Source: Leptogorgia sarmentosa (lineage: Eukaryota). From it: a stretch of DNA of 64,000 bases. The stretch covers positions 14,260,001 through 14,324,000 of the forward strand of contig OZ210885.1 in NCBI GenBank assembly GCA_964658305.1, in the 5' to 3' direction. Numbering within the stretch: the stretch's first letter is position 1; every line of letters begins with the position of its first letter. The translations under genes and the position numbers were made by a program. Shown in pieces: positions 55,801 through 64,000 of the stretch. Under the pieces are notes generated by a model that was not told the origin of the DNA, searched no databases, and saw only the letters and a program-made list of their open reading frames with translations.

Positions 55801-58800
55801 GCCACATCATCAATGACTCAAAAAAACAAGGTTGCTTTTTTATGAAGGGTGTTAGAGAATTTGGGTAAATTATAGCAAAATTTCACCACACTTATCCAAC
55901 CTTGATAAATTAAACGCCACATTGTCAATGACTCAAAAAACAAGGTTGCTTCTTCATATATCACTGTTATTAACAGTGTTAGAGAAGTTGGTTTAAATAT
56001 AGCAAAATTTCACCACATTTAACCAACCTTGATAAATTAAACGCCACATTGTCAATGACTCAAAAAAAACAAGGTTGCTTCTTCATATATCACTGTTATG
56101 AAGGGTGTTGGAGAAGTTGGTTAAATGATAGCAAAATTTCACCACATTTAACCAACCTTGATAAATTAAACGCCACACTGTGAATGACTAAAAAAAACAA
56201 GGTTGCTTCTTCATATATCACTGTTATGAAGGGTGTTAGAGAAGTTGGTTTAAATATAGCAAAATTTCACCACATTTATCCAACCTTGATAAATTAAACG
56301 GCACATTGTCAATGACTCAAAAAACAAGGTTGCTTCTTCATATATCACTGTTATGAAGGGTGTTGGAGAAGTTGGTTAAATTATAGCAAAATTTCACCAC
56401 ATTCATCAAACCTTGATAAATTAAATGCCACATTGTCAATGACTCAAAAAACAAGGTTCCTTCTTCATATATCACTGTTATTAACAGTGTTAGAGTAGTT
56501 GGTTTATAGCAAAATTTCACCACATTTAACCAACCTTGATAAATTAAACGCCACATCATCAATGACTCAAAAAAACAAGGTTGCTTTTTTATGAAGGGTG
56601 TTAGAGAATTTGGGTAAATTATAGCAAAATTTCACCACATTTAACCAACCTTGATAAATTAAACGCCACATCATCAATGACTCAAAAAAACAAGGTTGCT
56701 TTTTTATGAAGGGTGTTAGAGAATTTGGGTAAATTATAGCAAAATTTCACCACATTTATCCAACCTTCATAAATTAAACGCCACTTTGTCAATGACTAAA
56801 AAAAACAAGGTTGCTTCTTCATATATCACTGTTATTAACGGTGTTAGACAAGTTGATTTAAATATAGCAAAATTTCACCACATTTAACCACCCTTGATCA
56901 ATTAAACGCCACATTGTCAATGACTCAAAAAAACAAGGTTGCTTTTTTATGAAGGGTGTTAGAGAAGTTGGTTAAATTATAGCAAAATTTCACCACATTT
57001 AACCAACCTTGATAAATTAAATGCCACATCGTCAATGACTAAAAAAAACAAGGTTGCTTTTTTATGAAAGGTGTTAGAGAAGTTGGTTAAATTATAGCAA
57101 AATTTCACCACATTTATCAAACCTTGATAAATTAAATGCCACATTGTCAATGACTCAAAAAACAAGGTTGCTTCTTCATATATCACTGTTATTAACAGTG
57201 TTAGAGTAGTTGGTTTATAGCAAAATTTCACCACATTTAACCAACCTTGATAAATTAAATGCCACATTGTCAATGACTCAAAAAAACAAGGTTGCTTCTT
57301 CATATATCACTGTTATGAAGGGTGTTGGAGAAGTTGGTTAAATTATAGCAAAATTTCACGACATTTAACCAACCTTGATAAATTAAATTCCACATGGTCA
57401 ATGACTCAAAAAAACAAGGTTGCTTCTTCATATATCACTGTTATGAAGGGTGTTAGAGAAGTTGGTTAAAACATACCAAAATTTCACCACATTTAACCAA
57501 CCTTGATAAATTAAATGCCACATCGTCAATGACTCAAAAAAACAAGGTTGCTTTTTTATGAAAGGTGTTAGAGAAGTTGGTTAAATGATAGCAAAATTTC
57601 ACCACATTTAACCAACCTTGATAAATTAAATGCCACATCGTCAATGACTAAAAAAAACAAGGTTGCTTTTTTATGAAAGCTGTTAGAGAAGTTGGTTAAA
57701 TTATAGCAAAATTTCACCACATTTATCAAACCTTGATAAATTAAACGCCACATCATCAATGACTCAAAAAAACAAGGTTGCTTTTTTATGAAAGCTGTTA
57801 GAGAAGTTGGTTAAATTATAGCAAAATTTCACCACATTTAACCAACCTTGATAAATTAAATGCCACATTGTCAATGACTCAAAAAAACAAGGTTGCTTCT
57901 TCATATATCACTGTTATGAAGGGTGTTGGAGAAGTTGGTTAAATTATAGCAAAATTTCACGACATTTAACCAACCTTGATAAATTAAATGCCACATGGTC
58001 AATGACTCAAAAAAACAAGGTTGCTTCTTCATATATCACTGTTATGAAGGGTGTTAGAGAAGTTGGTTAAAATATACCAAAATTTCACCACATTTAACCA
58101 ACCTTGATAAATTAAATGCCACATCGTCAATGACTCAAAAAAACAAGGTTGCTTTTTTATGAAAGGTGTTAGAGAAGTTGGTTAAATGATAGCAAAATTT
58201 CACCACATTTAACCAACCTTGATAAATTAAATGCCACATCGTCAATGACTAAAAAAAACAAGGTTGCTTTTTTATGAAAGCTGTTAGAGAAGTTGGTTAA
58301 ATTATAGCAAAATTTCACCACATTTATCAAACCTTGATAAATTAAATGCCACATCATCAATGACTCAAAAAAACAAGGTTGCTTTTTTATGAAAGCTGTT
58401 AGAGAAGTTGGTTAAATTATAGCAAAATTTCACCACATTTAACCAACCTTGATAAATTAAATGCCACATTGTCAATGACTCAAAAAAACAAGGTTGCTTC
58501 TTCATATATCACTGTTATGAAGGGTGTTGGAGAAGTTGGTTAAATTATAGCAAAATTTCACGACATTTAACCAACCTTGATAAATTAAATGCCACATGGT
58601 CAATGACTCAAAAAAACAAGGTTGCTTCTTCATATATCACTGTTATGAAGGGTGTTAGAGAAGTTGGTTAAAATATACCAAAATTTCACCACATTTAACC
58701 AACCTTGATAAATTAAATGCCACATCGTCAATGACTCAAAAAAACAAGGTTGCTTGTTCATATATCACTGTTATGAAGGGTGTTAGAGAAGTTCGTTAAA

Positions 58801-59030
58801 ATATAGCAACATTTCGCCACATTGAACCAACCTTGATAAATTAAACGCCACATTGTCAATGACTCAAAAAAACAAGGTTGCTTCTTCATATATCAGTGTT
58901 AGAGAAGTTGGTTTAAATATAGCAAAATTTCACCACATTTAACCAACCTTGATAAATTAAACGCCACATTGTCAATGACTCAAAAAAACAAGGTTGCTTC
59001 TTCATATATCACTGTTATGAAGGGTGTTGG
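52890..59030 (+). repeat. ~2.6-kb block duplicated at an offset of 3540 bp; a related copy lies 3055 bp upstream
   Basis: acaaggttcc at 52911/56451. ORFs 53437/56977, 54028/57568 and 54629/58169 are offset by 3540. ORFs 50382/53437, 50973/54028 and 51574/54629 are offset by 3055. Confidence 0.9.
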
Positions 59031-62000
59031 AGAAGTTGGTTAAATTATAGCAAAATTTCACCACATTAAACCAACCTTGATAAATTAAACGCCACATTGT
59101 CAATGACTCAAAAAAACAAGGTTGCTTCTTCATATATCACTGTTATGAAGGGTGTTAGAGAAGTTGGTTTAAATAAAGCAACATTTCACCACATTTAACC
59201 AACCTTGATAAATTAAACGCCACATTGTCAATGACTAAAAAAACAAGGTTGCTTCTTCACATATCACTGTTACTAACGGTGTTAGAGAAGTTGGTTTATA
59301 GCAAAATTTCACCACATTTAACCAACCTTGATAAATTAAACGCCACATCATCAATGACTCAAAAAAACAAGTTTGCTTCTTCATATAACACTGTTATGAA
59401 GGGTGTTGGAGAACTTGGTTAAATTATAGAAAAATTTCACCACATTTAACCAACCTTGATAAATTAAATGCCACATTGTCAATGACTCAAAAAAACAAGG
59501 TTGCTTCTTCATATATCACTGTTATGAAGGGTGTTGGAGAAGTTGGTTAAATTATAGCAAAATTTCACCACATTTAACCAATCTTGATAAATTAAATGCC
59601 ACATGGTCAATGACTCAAAAAAACAAGGTTGCTTCTTCATATATCACTGTTATGAAGGGTGTTAGAGAAGTTGATTAAAATATACCAAAATTTCACCACA
59701 TTTAACCAACCTTGATAAATTAAATGCCACATCGTCAATGACTCAAAAAAACAAGGTTGCTTGTTCATATATCACTGTTGTGAAGGGTGTTGGAGAAGTT
59801 CGTTAAAATATAGCAACATTTCGCCACATTGAACCAACCTTGATAAATTAAACGCCACGTCGTCAATGGCTCAAAAAAACAAGGTTGCTTCTTCATATAT
59901 CACTGTTATGAAGGGTGTTAGAGAAGTTGGTTTATAGCAAAATTTCACCACATTTAACCAACCTTGATAAATTAAACGCCACATCATCAATGACTCAAAA
60001 AAACAAGGTTGCTTTTTTATGAAAGGTGTTACAGAAGTTGGTTAAATTATAGCAAAATTTCACCACATTTATCCAACCTTGATAAATTAAACGCCACTTT
60101 GTCAATGACTCAAAAAACAAGGTTGCTTCTTCATATATCACTGTTATTAACAGTGTTAGAGAAGTTGGTTTAAATATAGCAAAATTTCACCACATTTAAC
60201 CAACCTTGATAAATTAAACGCCACATTGTCAATGACTCAAAAAAACAAGGTTGCTTCTTCATATATCACTGTTATGAAGGGTGTTGGAGAAGTTGGTTAA
60301 ATTATAGCAAAATTTCACCACATTTAAGCAACCTTGATAAATTAAACGCCACATCGTGAATGACTAAAAAAAACAAGGTTGCTTCTTCATATATCACTGT
60401 TATGAAGGGTGTTAGAGAAGTTGATTTAAATATAGCAAAATTTCACCACATTTAACCAACCTTGATAAATTAAATGCCACATCGTCAATGACTAAAAAAA
60501 ACAAGGTTGCTTTTTGATGAAAGGTGTTAGAGAAGTTGGTTAAATTATAGCAAAATTTCACCACATTTATCAAACCTTGATAAATTAAACGCCACATTGT
60601 CAATGACTCAAAAAACAAGGTTGCTTCTTCATATATCACTGTTATTAATGGTGTTAGAGAAGTTGGTTTATAGCAAAATTTCACCACATTTAACCAACCT
60701 TGATAAATTAAACGCCACATCATCAATGACTCAAAAAAACAAGGTTGCTTTTTTATGAAGGGTGTTAGAGAATTTGGGTAAATTATAGCAAAATTTCACC
60801 ACACTTATCCAACCTTGATAAATTAAACGCCACATTGTCAATGACTCAAAAAACAAGGTTGCTTCTTCATATATCACTGTTATTAACAGTGTTAGAGAAG
60901 TTGGTTTAAATATAGCAAAATTTCACCACATTTAACCAACCTTGATAAATTAAACGCCACATTGTCAATGACTCAAAAAAAACAAGGTTGCTTCTTCATA
61001 TATCACTGTTATGAAGGGTGTTGGAGAAGTTGGTTAAATTATAGCAAAATTTCACCACATTTAACCAACCTTGATAAATTAAACGCCACACTGTGAATGA
61101 CTAAAAAAAACAAGGTTGCTTCTTCATATATCACTGTTATGAAGGGTGTTAGAGAAGTTGGTTTAAATATAGCAAAATTTCACCACATTTATCCAACCTT
61201 GATAAATTAAACGGCACATTGTCAATGACTCAAAAAACAAGGTTGCTTCTTCATATATCACTGTTATGAAGGGTGTTGGAGAAGTTGGTTAAATTATAGC
61301 AAAATTTCACCACATTCATCAAACCTTGATAAATTAAATGCCACATTGTCAATGACTCAAAAAACAAGGTTCCTTCTTCATATATCACTGTTATTAACAG
61401 TGTTAGAGTAGTTGGTTTATAGCAAAATTTCACCACATTTAACCAACCTTGATAAATTAAACGCCACATCATCAATGACTCAAAAAAACAAGGTTGCTTT
61501 TTTATGAAGGGTGTTAGAGAATTTGGGTAAATTATAGCAAAATTTCACCACATTTATCCAACCTTCATAAATTAAACGCCACTTTGTCAATGACTCAAAA
61601 AACAAGGTTGCTTCTTCATATATCACTGTTATGAAGGGTGTTAGAGAAGTTGGTTTAAATATAGCAAAATTTCACCACATTTAACCACCCTTGATCAATT
61701 AAACGCCACATTGTCAATGACTCAAAAAAACAAGGTTGCTTTTTTATGAAGGGTGTTAGAGAAGTTGGTTAAATTATAGCATAATTTCACCACATTTAAC
61801 CAACCTTGATAAATTAAACGCCACATTGTCAATGACTCAAAAAAACAAGGTTGCGTTTTTATGAAGGGTTTTAGAGAAGTTGGTTAAATTATAGCAAAAT
61901 TTCACCACATTTAACCAACCTTGATAAATTAAACGCCACATTGTGAATGACTAAAAAAAACAAGGTTGCTTCTTCATATATCACTGTTATGAAGGGTGTT

Positions 62001-64000
62001 AGAGAAGTTGGTTTAAATAAAGCAACATTTCACCACATTTAACCAACCTTGATAAATTAAATGCCACATCGTCAATGACTAAAAAAAACAAGGTTGCTTT
62101 TTTATGAAAGCTGTTAGAGAAGTTGGTTAAATTATAGCAAAATTTCACCACATTTATCAAACCTTGATAAATTAAACGCCACATCATCAATGACTCAAAA
62201 AAACAAGGTTGCTTTTTTATGAAAGCTGTTAGAGAAGTTGGTTAAATTATAGCAAAATTTCACCACATTTAACCAACCTTGATAAATTAAATGCCACATT
62301 GTCAATGACTCAAAAAAACAAGGTTGCTTCTTCATATATCACTGTTATGAAGGGTGTTGGAGAAGTTGGTTAAATTATAGCAAAATTTCACGACATTTAA
62401 CCAACCTTGATAAATTAAATTCCACATGGTCAATGACTCAAAAAAACAAGGTTGCTTCTTCATATATCACTGTTATGAAGGGTGTTAGAGAAGTTGGTTA
62501 AAACATACCAAAATTTCACCACATTTAACCAACCTTGATAAATTAAATGCCACATCGTCAATGACTCAAAAAAACAAGGTTGCTTTTTTATGAAAGGTGT
62601 TAGAGAAGTTGGTTAAATGATAGCAAAATTTCACCACATTTAACCAACCTTGATAAATTAAATGCCACATCGTCAATGACTAAAAAAAACAAGGTTGCTT
62701 TTTTATGAAAGCTGTTAGAGAAGTTGGTTAAATTATAGCAAAATTTCACCACATTTATCAAACCTTGATAAATTAAACGCCACATCATCAATGATTCAAA
62801 AAAACAAGGTTGCTTTTTTATGAAAGCTGTTAGAGAAGTTGGTTAAATTATAGCAAAATTTCACCACATTTAACCAACCTTGATAAATTAAATGCCACAT
62901 TGTCAATGACTCAAAAAAACAAGGTTGCTTCTTCATATATCACTGTTATGAAGGGTGTTGGAGAAGTTGGTTAAATTATAGCAAAATTTCACGACATTTA
63001 ACCAACCTTGATAAATTAAATGCCACATGGTCAATGACTCAAAAAAACAAGGTTGCTTCTTCATATATCACTGTTATGAAGGGTGTTAGAGAAGTTGGTT
63101 AAAATATACCAAAATTTCACCACATTTAACCAACCTTGATAAATTAAATGCCACATCGTCAATGACTCAAAAAAACAAGGTTGCTTGTTCATATATCACT
63201 GTTATGAAGGGTGTTAGAGAAGTTCGTTAAAATATAGCAACATTTCGCCACATTGAACCAACCTTGATAAATTAAACGCCACGTCGTCAATGGCTCAAAA
63301 AAACAAGGTTGCTTCTTCATATATCACTGTTATGAAGGGTGTTAGAGAAGTTGGTTAAATTATAGCAAAATTTCACCACATTTAACCAACCTTAATAAAT
63401 TAAACGCCACATTGTCAATGACTCAAAAAACAAGGTTGCTTCTTCATATATCACTGTTATGAAGGGTGTTGGAGAAGTTGGTTAAATTATAGCAAAATTT
63501 CACGACATTTAACCAACCTTGATAAATTAAATGCCACATGGTCAATGACTCAAAAAAACAAGGTTGCTTCTTCATATATCACTGTTATGAAGGGTGTTAG
63601 AGAAGTTGGTTAAAATATACCAAAATTTCACCACATTTAACCAACCTTGATAAATTAAATGCCACATCGTCAATGACTCAAAAAAACAAGGTTGCTTGTT
63701 CATATATCACTGTTATGAAGGGTGTTAGAGAAGTTCGTTAAAATATAGCAACATTTCGCCACATTGAACCAACCTTGATAAATTAAACGCCACGTCGTCA
63801 ATGGCTCAAAAAAACAAGGTTGCTTCTTCATATATCACTGTTATGAAGGGTGTTAGAGAAGTTGGTTAAATTATAGCAAAATTTCACCACATTTAACCAA
63901 CCTTAATAAATTAAACGCCACATTGTCAATGACTCAAAAAACAAGGTTGCTTCTTCATATATCACTGTTATTAATGGTGTTAGAGAAGTTGGTTTAAATA

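Larger units (their letters stand above)
1..64000 (+). repeat. Tandem satellite DNA array, 128-bp consensus monomer with 127/123/115-bp variants, all head-to-tail (probable centromeric/pericentromeric heterochromatin)
   Basis: Monomer starts at 2, 130, 245, 373, 501, 616, 731, 854 give spacings of 128, 115, 128, 128, 115, 115, 123 bp. The same motifs (caaggttgct, gaagttggtt, aaccaaccttgataaattaaa, tcaatgact) recur to position 64000 without interruption. The array runs off both window ends. The centromeric assignment is inference from architecture. Confidence 0.98.

Noticed and set aside
534..62791. About 90 short ORFs (60-108 aa; MMMWRLIYQG..., MSMTQK..., MKKQPCFF...)
   Set aside because: They are translations of the satellite monomer. 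Frames open and close with A-run length and 4/13-bp indels, there is no recognisable domain, and there is no sign of coding constraint.
1..64000. CRISPR-like array
   Set aside because: There are no unique spacers; the entire unit is repeated with SNP/indel variants, and no cas genes are present.
1..64000. 5S rRNA, tRNA or snRNA tandem gene array (unit length ~120 bp)
   Set aside because: The sequence is AT-rich with no recognisable 5S, tRNA cloverleaf or Pol III box similarity, and the variants include large indels.
1..64000. Known satellites (alpha satellite/CENP-B box, CEN180, CentO, telomeric repeats)
   Set aside because: Monomer length and sequence do not match those I know. No NTTCGNNNNANNCGGGN box or TTAGGG-type tandem was seen.

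Overview
The whole 64 kb window is one uninterrupted, head-to-tail, AT-rich satellite DNA array (consensus ~32% GC, roughly 520 monomers). I saw no unique sequence, inversion, transposon, RNA gene or credible protein-coding gene. The consensus monomer is 128 bp: caaaaaaacaaggttgcttcttcatatatcactgttatgaagggtgttagagaagttggttaaattatagcaaaatttcaccacatttaaccaaccttgataaattaaacgccacattgtcaatgact. Recurrent length classes are 127, 123 and 115 bp. Monomer variants are organised into short higher-order repeats (254, 353, 511, 601, 610, 851 bp), nested inside kb-scale near-identical duplications (offsets 1811, 2964, 3540, 4053, 4143 bp and ~27 kb). This architecture is typical of a eukaryotic centromeric/pericentromeric satellite under active homogenisation; the organism and satellite family cannot be identified from the sequence alone. 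The most notable signals are built-in dyad symmetries in the monomer, a variant forming a perfect palindrome, CpG-deamination triads suggesting a methylating host, and deletions/conversion at intra-monomer microhomologies. All predicted ORFs look like by-products of the repeat. I found no evidence for a novel gene system. Coordinates were read by eye and block boundaries are approximate.
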